Shown here piece after piece: positions 20,101-29,700 of a stretch of 64,000 bases of DNA. Source of the DNA: a candidate division FCPU426 bacterium (GTDB taxonomy: Bacteria; Oederibacteriota; PGYV01; Palsa-1178); the NCBI GenBank assembly GCA_963840035.1, contig CAWIXE010000001.1, positions 224,001-288,000 on the forward strand, written 5' to 3'. A program made the translations under genes and the position numbers. The notes beneath the pieces were generated by a model that was not told where the DNA came from, searched no databases, and saw nothing but the letters and a program-made list of their open reading frames with translations. Every line of letters starts with the position of its first letter. Position 1 is the stretch's first letter.

Positions 20101-21177
20101 GTAGGTGATAAAATATGTGTTATACTCCGCAAGTCCCGTGGTGTTAAAAAGTTCCGCCGCTGCCCATAGCCTCTCATCGGAATCATCCGTGTCCCCGTAC
20201 TCGCCTCCGTCTCCGCCGTTAAACCCGCCTGAAGGGACTATCAGCGTGTGCGCCTGCAAATACGCCCACGCGCTCTGCGCTGCCGTGAGGCACTGTGCCG
20301 CGTATGCCGGGTCAGATGCGATGTAAACGCGCGCGGCAATGGCCATGACAGCCGCAAAATCGCCGGTGGCGCAGGTTGATATGCGGTAGATATGCTGGGT
20401 GCCGTAATCGTTCTCGGGCATGAGGTTTAGCGCGGGTATGGGCGCGGACACCTTGTGAAATACGCCGCCGGAGGCCGTGTCCTGCATTTTAAGCATCCAG
20501 TCCAGATTATATTTTATCTCGCTTAATACATCGGGCCTGCCGTACTCCGGAAGGGTTAAGTCTATCCACCCTATCTGGCTGCCGTAGCGCTCATACATGA
20601 GCAGCAGCGTGCCCGTGGCTATGCCTGAATTTGTATTGTATTTGCCGAAGTCGCCCGCGTCATGCCAGCCGCCAGTGACGTCTTTTGTCCCTGAGAACCC
20701 CGATGCCGCATCGAACGTGGCGGGATTTGTATGGCAGGCAAGGTGGCTGAAATTTCCGGATGCATGGTCCAGGTGCACTTCCATGCCGCAGCGCTGCCCG
20801 TAAAAAGCGCGCATGGCGTCGCGGAAGACGGGCTCAAATACGCGGCGGTTTATGGTGAAGGGAAAAGACTCGCCCAGCCCCGCGACCTCTATCCTGTAAT
20901 TGCCCGTCACGTTAACAGCGGTAAAATCGCCTATGTAGCATGTGTCGCCCGAGGCTGAGTCTGATATGGAAGGCCCGAAATTTCCCGTATAAACTATGGT
21001 GTCATCATCCAGCCGCCGCACGTCAAAAGACGCCGCAGCCTGATTCACAAGCATGACGCTCTTATTGTCGTCATTACGGTAGCCGATCATGTCAATACGG
21101 ATGGCGTCGTTCTGCGCGGCAAATATATTTAAAGCGACTGTGGATAGGAGCATTATTAGGGCAAGGCGTTTGTACAT
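17146..21177 (-). CDS. Secreted modular GH9 glycosidase: Ig-like N domain, GH9, malectin-like, CIA30/CBM11-like, Thr linkers, T9SS-A-like C-terminal domain
   Basis: GGWHDAGDFGKY, DERLWAAAEL, NPHHR, NEIAINW; malectin RINCGG...WQADRY; LLIDDFED; YPNP...SGMYIIR. Confidence 0.92.
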   Translation of the reverse strand: MYKRLALIMLLSTVALNIFAAQNDAIRIDMIGYRNDDNKSVMLVNQAAASFDVRRLDDDTIVYTGNFGPSISDSASGDTCYIGDFTAVNVTGNYRIEVAGLGESFPFTINRRVFEPVFRDAMRAFYGQRCGMEVHLDHASGNFSHLACHTNPATFDAASGFSGTKDVTGGWHDAGDFGKYNTNSGIATGTLLLMYERYGSQIGWIDLTLPEYGRPDVLSEIKYNLDWMLKMQDTASGGVFHKVSAPIPALNLMPENDYGTQHIYRISTCATGDFAAVMAIAARVYIASDPAYAAQCLTAAQSAWAYLQAHTLIVPSGGFNGGDGGEYGDTDDSDERLWAAAELFNTTGLAEYNTYFITYYTFKADPLLGGDWQNLQDIALWSYALSSQPSKNAAAAAAIKTSFTNSANTLLARLSASGYKYTLLPGDYIWGSNAAGLNSGIKLLAAYEMTGNAAYKQGALEMVHYMLGRNPFNTSYVTAEGDRAFMNPHHRQSLADGITNPWPGLIAGGANQFDYNVGAPAKCWQDNVNNFFVNEIAINWQAAFCFVLAAAITADVPYETPTASPTDGCYPLACTPSFTATHTLTPIPTITPTPIAPVRINCGGALYTDTNGDAWQADRYYFGANTWGIYMGAMAARPGDVTNTLDDTLFNSVCYGNLEYRIQLPAGKYNVRLRFSDNENTLPGQRLFNMTVEGALVATNFDIISAAGGPLKYVDRTYYADVNDGILNISLAYGPAGVPLINAIEVKSYDPMTPTVTKTFTITKTLTVIATATQSWTITETPTISPTASASPTKTATATKTPVYSATETPAVTDTVTAAATLTRTVTSTFTPAATAALSGLLIDDFEDDEITYNSPGGRWYFYDGGVNTGSFISSPGGANSTNYAGYLSGNVTSTAGYSSIQAFTDLNGGATEQDVSAYSGLKLFMKGTKGAGTPVSFRIMLQSSNITDFSYWYYDWTPNAAWTQVTIPWGSFTNPGWGDGQTTLISSVAQHLEKIIWAVMEISGAASNNTGNQWYLDEIYFYGGPTATVTPVYSKTSTPTFTATATLTPASSPTQTPTLTATATVSGTVTCTGTATDTATQAPSGTATATCTETLTVTVSSTQSMTMTVTETYTVTLSATVTATSSATGTASRTPTITATNTSSPTPTATSTATGTPAVTATDTASATATATLSATGTFTLTQTPANTPVITDTATRTYTATDTPTLTETSTATKTCTATHTKTATPTSTATKTSTPGNTATATSTPMLSYRQKDLFVIYPNPAKGTLNISVKQGSQGDKAIIRIYTPALRLVRKFESSITASNAYTADLKGLASGMYIIRMEITLQGVVKYGVTEPVVVMK

Positions 21178-21188
21178 AAGACCTCGTT

Positions 21189-21545
21189 GTTGTTCGTTGT
21201 TCGTTGTTCGTTGTTCGTTGTTCGTTGTTCGTTGTTCGTTGTTCGTTGTTCGTTGTTCGTTGTTCGTTGTTCGTTGTTCGTTGTTCGTTGTTCGTTGTTC
21301 GTTGTTCGTTGTTCGTTGTTCGTTGTTCGTTGTTCGTTGTTCGTTGTTCGTTGTTCGTTGTTCGTTGTTCGTTGTTCGTTGTTCGTTGTTCGTTGTTCGT
21401 TGTTCGTTGTTCGTTGTTCGTTGTTCGTTGTTCGTTGTTCGTTGTTCGTTGTTCGTTGTTCGTTGTTCGTTGTTCGTTGTTCGTTGTTCGTTGTTCGTTG
21501 TTCGTTGTTCGTTGTTCGTTGTTCGTTGTTCGTTGTTCGTTGTTC
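21189..21545. repeat. Perfect heptanucleotide tandem repeat (GTTGTTC)51
   Basis: 357 bp of identical 7-mers directly abutting the GH9 ribosome-binding site. Confidence 0.97.
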
Positions 21546-21653
21546 AAACCCTGCGCGTGACATTGGCCATGAAATTTTTTTATGGCCTGGCCTACTGGCC
21601 AATCCATAAAAAAATTTTATGGACGATGTCACGCAACGGCATCGTTGTTGCTC

Positions 21654-21774
21654 TTCCTTAACACTTACCCTTAATTCTTATCCTTAGCCTTTGGACTTTC
21701 GATATGCAGGCTAAGGTCAGACTTAAAGCAAGTACCAAGATCTAAGGATAAGAATTAAGGATAAGGGTTAAGAA
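21654..21774. repeat. Hexamer-built hairpin element
   Basis: CCTTAACACTTACCCTTAATTCTTATCC ... GGATAAGAATTAAGGATAAGGGTTAAG. Confidence 0.85.
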
Positions 21775-21778
21775 AACC

Positions 21779-23518
21779 TTAGTACCGTTGTATCCTGTTA
21801 TTCCCCGTATCCACCACAAAAAGGTACGCGGCGCTGTTGTATACCGCTCCTATGGGCGAGTTGAATTCACCCGGCGCGCTGCCCGGGATCCCCCACTGCG
21901 AATCAAATACTCCCGCGGGCGAGAACCTCTGTATCCTGTTATTGCCCGAATCCACCACATATACATAACCGCTGGAGCTGTAAGCTATGCCCTGCGGGTT
22001 GTTGAATTCCCCGGGGCCTGAGCCAAAACTTCCCCACTGCATGTCATAGGTGCCCACGGAATTGAACCTCTGTATCCTGTTGTTGCCCGAATCAACTACA
22101 TATAAATACCCGCTTGAGTTCCACGCCAGTCCCGTGGGGTTGTTGAATTCCCCGTTGCCCGTGCCTGCCGTTCCCCACTGCATCTGGTAATTGCCCGCCA
22201 TGTCGAACCTCTGTATCCTGTTGTTTCCGGAATCCGAAACATACAGGTAGCCGCTGGCGTTCCACGCAAGACCCGTGGGGCCGTCAAATTCCCCGTTGCC
22301 GGTTCCCGTGACCCCCCACTGCAGGCTGTAAGTCCCGGTGGTATTAAAACGCTGTATCCTGTTGTTCCCGTAATCAGCCACAAATATATATCCGCTCGGG
22401 TTCCATACTATTCCTTTGGGCGTGGAGAACTCCCCGTTGCCGGCGCCGGGCGCGCCCCACTGGGTTGTATAAGTCCCTGACGAGTTGAACTTCTGGACCC
22501 TGCTGTTGCCGCTGTCAGTGACATAAACCGAGGCCGCGGTGTCAGCCGCGATCCACAGCGGGTTGTCAAACTCGCCGTTTCCGTTGCCGAATGTCCCCCA
22601 CCTGGCAGTTGGCTGCCTGGGAGTCATGGTGGAAGTCAGCGTGACCGTCGGCATCAGCGTGTGGGTCATGGAAATGGTGGCTGTGGGTGAATCAGTATAA
22701 GTATCCGTGACTGTCAGGGTTTCAGTCGCGGTCGGCGTTCCCGTGAATGTATCCGTGACAGTGGAAGACTCTGTCTGCGTCGGCGTGTTGGTCGCGGTAA
22801 AAGTGCCTGTTGCCGTATCCGTTACAGTTGGCGTTCCTGTCATGGTTGAAGTCGCGCTTAAAGTCGGCGAATCCGTGGCAGTCAGTGTGTCCGATGGCGT
22901 CTGCGTGGATGTGAATGTCACTGTAAGTGAAGATGTCCCGGTTGAAGTCGGCGAAAAAGTTTTTGTCTGCGTATCAGTGGATGTGGCGGTCACTGTCGCG
23001 GTATCCTGCGGCGTGGAGGTCTGTGTATATGAGGCTGTCTTTGAATATGTGGGAGTGGCTGACGCAGTGCAGGTTGGCGTGCCTGTCGGAGTCGCGCTGT
23101 CTGCGGGGGTTGCTGTGGATGTCTGTGTGGCAGTCATGGTCGCGGTATATGTCGGGGAAAAAGTGGATGTCGCGCTCGCGGTCAGGGTCGTCGTGAATGT
23201 ATATGACTGCGCCACGGTCTCTGAAAAAGTCGGGCTCTGCCCTGCAGTGGCTGTTCCTGTTGCCGTAAATGTCGGGGTGGCCGTGGCAGTGCGTGTCCCG
23301 GTTGCCGTCCTTGTGTTAGTCAAAACGGATGTAACCGTGCGCGTGGCAGTATAAGTGGGGCTGTAAGTTGCCGTCGCGGTACGTGTCTGCCACTTAAAAT
23401 CATCGGGGGCCAGCGGGATTATCTTCTTTTTTGAGCAGGAAACTGAGGATAATAAGAGGCAGACAACAGCTATAATAATGAAGGTCCTTTTGTGTTCCGG
23501 CATCCTGTTTTTAGTCAT
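21779..23518 (-). CDS. Lipoprotein with Thr-rich stalk and six NHL repeats (beta-propeller)
   Basis: Lipobox-like VSC; six repeats of WG..G.GNGEF..P.G....SG.YV.DSGNNRIQRF. Confidence 0.9.
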   Translation of the reverse strand: MTKNRMPEHKRTFIIIAVVCLLLSSVSCSKKKIIPLAPDDFKWQTRTATATYSPTYTATRTVTSVLTNTRTATGTRTATATPTFTATGTATAGQSPTFSETVAQSYTFTTTLTASATSTFSPTYTATMTATQTSTATPADSATPTGTPTCTASATPTYSKTASYTQTSTPQDTATVTATSTDTQTKTFSPTSTGTSSLTVTFTSTQTPSDTLTATDSPTLSATSTMTGTPTVTDTATGTFTATNTPTQTESSTVTDTFTGTPTATETLTVTDTYTDSPTATISMTHTLMPTVTLTSTMTPRQPTARWGTFGNGNGEFDNPLWIAADTAASVYVTDSGNSRVQKFNSSGTYTTQWGAPGAGNGEFSTPKGIVWNPSGYIFVADYGNNRIQRFNTTGTYSLQWGVTGTGNGEFDGPTGLAWNASGYLYVSDSGNNRIQRFDMAGNYQMQWGTAGTGNGEFNNPTGLAWNSSGYLYVVDSGNNRIQRFNSVGTYDMQWGSFGSGPGEFNNPQGIAYSSSGYVYVVDSGNNRIQRFSPAGVFDSQWGIPGSAPGEFNSPIGAVYNSAAYLFVVDTGNNRIQRY

Positions 23519-23524
23519 ATATAT

Positions 23525-23553
23525 AGAATACCACCGATTTCATGTATTTTCAA
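23525..23553 (-). promoter_or_regulatory. sigma70-type promoter, probably giving a leaderless mRNA
   Basis: TTGAAA-N17-TATTCT with extended TG; 6 nt to ATG 23518; no SD. Confidence 0.55.
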
Positions 23554-23557
23554 TCAA

Positions 23558-23710
23558 CCTTAACCTTTATCCTTATCACTTACCCTAAAGCCTTTGGACC
23601 TTAAGTCCAAGGGGTAAAAATATTTATTCCGCTTTTCCTTAACCCTTATCCTCAGCCTTTAGATCTTAAGTCCAAAGGCTAAGGATAAGAATTAAGGATA
23701 AGGGTTAAGG
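23558..23710. repeat. Hexamer-built hairpin element (one partial and one full copy)
   Basis: CCTTAACC...TAAGTCCAAAGGCTAAGGATAAGAATTAAGGATAAGGGTTAAGG. Confidence 0.85.
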
Positions 23711-23727
23711 TACTTGGGTTATGGTGC

Positions 23728-26700
23728 CTACTTTATTACAAACACCCTGCGTATCACGCTTTTGCCTTCCGCCTCTATCCTTATGAAATACATTCCCTGG
23801 CCTATGGTTTTTCCCGATTCGTTCTTTAGATCCCACGGCACGTTCATCCACCCGGCGGCGGCGGCTGTAAATTCGCCTTTCCTTATGAGCTCGCCTGTTA
23901 TGTTGTAGGCCTTAAGCCTGACATTCACTCCCGGCGCCGAGCAATTAATTTTAATCGTGAGGGTTTCGCCTTTTGAGACATCAACATAATTTCTGTCGAG
24001 CGCCATACCAATGTTTGGCGTCGAAACGGGCGTTGATGTCGGGGATACTGTCCGTGTCTGCGTTATGGTAAATGTCGCTGTCGGCGGCGGAGTGGCTGTC
24101 TTTGTATATGTCATGGTCCTAGTGTGCGTGAATGTAAATGTGGCGGCCGGCGTGGCTGTGTCTGTTACGGTTGTTGTATAAGTAAATGTCGGCGTATTTG
24201 TTTTAGTCCCGGTATCGGTTGCCGAAAATGTCGGCGTCGCCGTTTCAGTGGCGGTTTTTGTCACGGTAAATGTGGGGGTTGCCGTGGCAGTATCAGACGG
24301 TGTCGGCGTGGCTGTCTTTGTCCCTGTGTCCGTGGCCGTGGGCGTGGCTGTAAATGTGGAAGTTGCCGTGGATGTCGGCGTCGAAGTCGGCGTGGGCGCT
24401 ACAAGGGTTATGATGGAGGCGTTCATCGGAAAGCTTCCCAGGTCGTTCCACGCAAGGCCCGTGGTCATGCCGGTGCCTGATAAGTGGGCTGCCGAAGGCA
24501 GGCTTAAGGTATAAGTGCCGTATGGCGCTGTGCCCGTGAAAGAATAGGCGATAACGTAATACTTTGTCTGGCCCGGGGCAAGCACTTCAGACGGCCAACC
24601 TGAGATTGCAAGAGCCGTGTTGTCCGCCGCGTAAGTCCCCATTGCCATAAACAGGTCAGGCGCGCCGTTTGCTGCGCCGTTATTATTTACATCAACAATC
24701 ATTTCAACGGATAATATCCCGGCCGGGCCGTCATTCCCGGTGCCTGAAGCCTGCGTCTGCAGGGAATTAAAACTCACGCTTTCCGCGGACTCATTGCGTA
24801 TGGATAACTGCATCACCGTCACATACGCGTCTCCGGGTATGTGGGTGGTATTTCCCGGGTTAAACGCCGCGAGCGACACGGCAACAGCCGGCGCGGCGGG
24901 CGTGTTTGTCTTAGTGGCTGACGCAGTGGCTGTTTGAGTAGCAGTCTGCGTTGTGGACGGCGTGTTTGTTTTTGTGGAAGTCGTTGTGATTGTCTGGGTT
25001 ACAGTCTGCGTCACGGTCTTTGTAACTGTCTGCGTGACGGACTGCGTTGAAGTCCGGGTTGCCGTGGCTGTATATGTCGTCGTCGGCGTTGTTGTTTGAG
25101 TGGCTGTCTGCGTCGCGGTCTGCGTATTTGTCCGGGTTATTGTCTGCGTTATTGTCATGGTAGTTGTCTGTGTCACAGTCGCTGTGGGTATATGCGTATT
25201 AGTATTTGTCGGGGTATAAGCCGGCGTGCATATGTCGCCTGAAAGCACTGTAAAGTCATCCACGTTCGCCTCACCCAATGACCCTGACGCGGAGGTCACC
25301 GCTATGCCTATCAATACGCCGCCGGGGCTGGCTGTCCAGGTGTCGCTGTCAAAATTATCCCACGTAGTGCCGTCAGTTGACTGGAAATACTGGAAATTAT
25401 TTCCAACCCTTACTATCCTTACCCACGCGGGCACTCCGTTTACATGCGCTAATGTTCCGTATCCCTCCTGATATGCTTCTCCCCTGGCGTAGGACATTAT
25501 AAGTCCGTTATTCTGCACTCCCACAAATGAGAAATATGAATCAACAGACAGCGAATTCCTTACCATTATTCCCGCGCTTGAGTCCGCCGAATTTATTGGC
25601 GCGTAATTCACCTTCATGGAAATATCAAAGTCCCCGTTTATGGGCTGGTATATGAACCTGAATGTGTCATGGCTTACGTTAAAATTATTTGTTCCGCCTG
25701 CCGTTATGGTCAGCGAGCCGCCTGAGACGAACTGCGAACCCGCGGCCGCTCCGCCCACGTCGGAGACGCTCCAGAAAGAACCCACGGCAGTATTAAAATT
25801 ATCCGATTGCGCGCACGAAGGCGGAATCGGCGTAGGCGTGGAAGTGCACAGCGAAATAAACTCGGGGTTTGCCGCAACCGGGGTCAAGTCGCCTGAGTGG
25901 TTTATGCTGGCCCTGTTGGAAAAATATTCAGGCGAAAGTATGGGGCATGCGGACGCGGGCATTACGACAAAGTACTTTTCACCGCTAAAGTCGTTTTCGC
26001 ACAGGCTTGGGATTGACCAGGATATTACGCCGCCGTTTAAGGCGTATCCCGCAGATGCCGAGACAAAATTAAGGCCGGCCGGTATGGTGTCCCATATGGA
26101 AGCGCCCGTGACCGTGGCGCCGCAGTTGAGCGCCTCGTATTCATAAGCGCCCATGTCATAGGTCCCGCCGGATGGCCTGAGAGCCAGGTCCATGTCGCGC
26201 GTGACAACCGATGATATTGAATTATCCCCGGTATTTATCGCGGGGCTGCCGTTTTGCAGGTGAAAGTTCCCTGACGCTGCGCCGGCAAACTTCGGGTCTG
26301 AATTCACGCAGCCCGCCCCGAAGCCGGCAGTTGCCTCCTGCAGCACTGAATATGAAACCTTTGCCTTGTCCCCGAGAAATCCATAACCCGGATTTGCCCA
26401 CATGACGCAGTTGCGGATGTCGTATTCAAACGCCGCGCTGTTGACGAAAAGCGGCCCGCCATTTCCGTACATGACGTTGTTGTAAATATTCACCGTCATG
26501 CCCGGCCTTGCCGTGCCCTGGTCAAACATTATGCCGAAACCCCAGTTGTTGAGGATATTTCCGGTTAAGACGCAGTTTGTGACATATGATGACGGGTATG
26601 CGGCTGTTGTGATCGTCCCGACCTGCGCTAAGCTTATTCCCGCGGCCCTGCAGTTTTTCACGACGCACCTGTCCACCCTGTACCCGGATGTGCCGTCGGA

Positions 26701-29700
26701 ACATATGCCGTGGTCAGCCCTGAACCTGCCGTCGAGCGTGAAGCCCGCGATGGTGCAGTTATAGTGCAGTTCTATGATGTCCTGCTGACCGTTGGGTATC
26801 ATAGAATCAGGCGCCACAATTGACGGGTGCGTCCCCGGCTTTGCCCTGATTATTATCCCGGCAGTGTCTGTCGTGTCGGGGAGTATTATTTTTTCCGCGT
26901 AGGTTCCGGAATCCACAACTTCTATAACGTCCCCTGGAACCGCGGCCGCGGCCGCCGCGGCAATTGATGTATACGTCTGCCCTGCCCCGACTAACTTTGT
27001 CGCGGGCGCGGTATAAATGGGGTCTGTCAGCGCGGATGGTTTTTCCCTGAGCGAATAATTCAGGTGGTATGTGATATTGTCCCCGCAGTTGGCGCAGTTA
27101 GCCGCCGACATTCCCTGGTTGATTGCCAGCTCAGGCGGCAGGCTTATATTTATGGTTATGCCCGCGTTCGGATTTTCTATCTGGGCGTTGTTGTCCTGAG
27201 CTTTCCAGTTTATAATGTAGCTCTCTCCGGGCTGCCATGGCGGAAGGCCGCTGTAAGTCCAGTTCGGGTCTGCGGCGGCGCCAAAATTCCACCACTCGCC
27301 CGCCATGGAGAATGAGGACCCGTCCCACCATTTTGAATCTGATACCCTCTTTATGGATATCCTTTCAGCCGTTAAAAATCCGCAAGGCGCTATGGCTGTG
27401 CCTGATATTACAAGTATATCAGATGGTTTATAGCTGCCGCCGTCCACCGGAAATGATATGAAGGATGACGGCATGGCGCACGCGGTCTGTGTGGCAGTCG
27501 GTGTCACGGTCTGCGTGGCTGTTTTCGTAGCTGTCTGTGTCGCTGTGCGAGTGGAAGTCTGCGTGAAAAAAGGCGTTACTGTCGGCGTTGTGGTGCCGGT
27601 ATTATACGGCGTGGCAGTGGGCTGGGCCACGGAGCCAGAATACCATACGTCCTTTGTATAAGTTCCGTCAAACCCCGAGGCCAGCCACATGGACCCGTTA
27701 AAAACGCACGACGCGGATCCCATCCTGCCGCTGAAATTGGCGGCCGCGGTTTTCTGAACCCATGTCGAACCGTTAACCGAATACCATACGTCATTTTTAT
27801 ATCCGGTGCCCGCTATGACCCACATCTTCATTCCCGTGCCGTCGTCATATGTAACCGCGGCGAGCTGGCTGCGCGCGCCGAAAGCCGCCGAAGCGGTTTC
27901 CTGCGTCCAGACGACGCCGTCGGGCGAGCTATAAACGCTCGCAAGGTCAGATGTGCCGTTATATCCCCCTATCACGTACATTTTTCCGTTATAGGCAAGT
28001 GTGCTGTGGTACCCGCGCGGCCCGAACTGCGCGTTACCCGTGGCCATGGTCCAGTCAGCCCCGTTTGCCGACCACCATACGTCGTTTAAGTATCCTGACC
28101 CGTTATCGCGGCCGCCTATGACCCACATTTTATTGTCAAATACAACCGCGCTTGTCTGCGCCCTTAAGGCGAATCCGGCCGCCGCGGTTGCCTGTATCCA
28201 TGTTATGCCGTTTGAGGAATACCACACATCGTCGTCATAGGAACCTGTCACGCCCGCGATGGCCCACATTTTATCGCCGGTGCCGTTATTAAAGACAACC
28301 CCGGTATGGTAAGCCCTTGATGTGGGAAATGCCGTGGATGTTTCCAGCGACCATGTAATGCCGTCTAAGGAACTGAACACGCTGTTTAATCCCGAACCAC
28401 CGTCATTGCCGCCGACCATGAATATTTTTCCCAAAAATGGCAGCATGAGAGTGCCCATACGCACGCCTGCCTGGGAATTTCCCGTGGCAAGAATCCAGTC
28501 CGCTCCGGCTATGGATGTGGGCGTGATGGTCGGCGTCGGGGGAATGCAGTCTATGAACTTCTGTACCCTGTCATTGCCGGTTTCGGATGCGAATAAAGTG
28601 GTTGCGTTTAGCATGGTTATGCCGTATGGCGTGTCAAACTGCATTGATAAAGCGCCTGTGGTGCCCCATTTTGCTATGAATGTGCCTGACGGGCTGAATT
28701 TTTGCACCCTGTTATTGCCGGTGTCCGCGACATATATGTATCCATACTGGTCGGTTGTAATCCCCGACGGGTTGTTAAACTGCCCGTCGCCTGTCCCCGC
28801 CGAACCCCACTTTGTTATGAATCCGCCTGATGCGTCAAATTTTTGCACCCTGTTATTTCCGCTGTCGGCCACCAGTATATTCCCGTCCTTATCAACGGCA
28901 ATGCCGCGCGGCGAAGTGAAAAAACCGTCGCTTAATCCGGCGCTGCCCCAGGATATCTGGTGGATGCCGAACGCGTCAAATTTCTGAACCCTGTTATTCC
29001 CGGTATCCGCCACATACACGTAATAATCCGGGCTGACCGCGATTCCTTCAGGGAAACTAAATTGCCCGTCGCCTGAACCGTTGAATCCCCACTCTGTAAT
29101 ATAATTCCCGGTTACATCAAATTTTTCCACCCTGTGGTTGTTCGTATCCGTGACGTACATTTCATTGCCGGCGTCTATGGCTATGTCGTGCGGCGCGTCA
29201 AACTGCAGGTCTGAACTCCCGTATGACCCGAACTCGCTCAGGTCAACCCCGTTTGAATTGAATTTTTCAACCCTGTTATTGCCGGTGTCCACCACAAAAA
29301 TATTCCCGCCTGAGTCTGTTTCCATGCCGGCCGGCCCGTTAAATTCGCCTATGGCGTTGCCGTTGGCTCCCCACATCAGGCTGTAACACATGGGGCCCAT
29401 GTTTGCGGTCGGCATCGGTGTCACTGTCGGGCTGACCGTCCATGTCTGGGTTATCGTCCTTGTAGATGACGGCGTGGGTGATATTGTGGCTGTAAATACC
29501 CCGCTGGATGTTTTCATCACCGACATGAAGCTGCTGTTTGCAAAATCCTGATATGCCACGTATGCCGTGCCGTTTTGTATAAAGAGCGATGTGTACCTGG
29601 CTTCCCCGGGCGAGAAACCCGCGTTATCAAGGTCAAGCCATGCACCTGATTGATAATGCTTTACCGTGGCCTTTCCGGCGATGTTATCCTGGTATGCCAG

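Noticed and set aside
21089..21661. ORFs of NNEQRTT / VVRCSLF repeats
   Set aside because: Artefacts of a stop-free 7-mer repeat, open in several frames.
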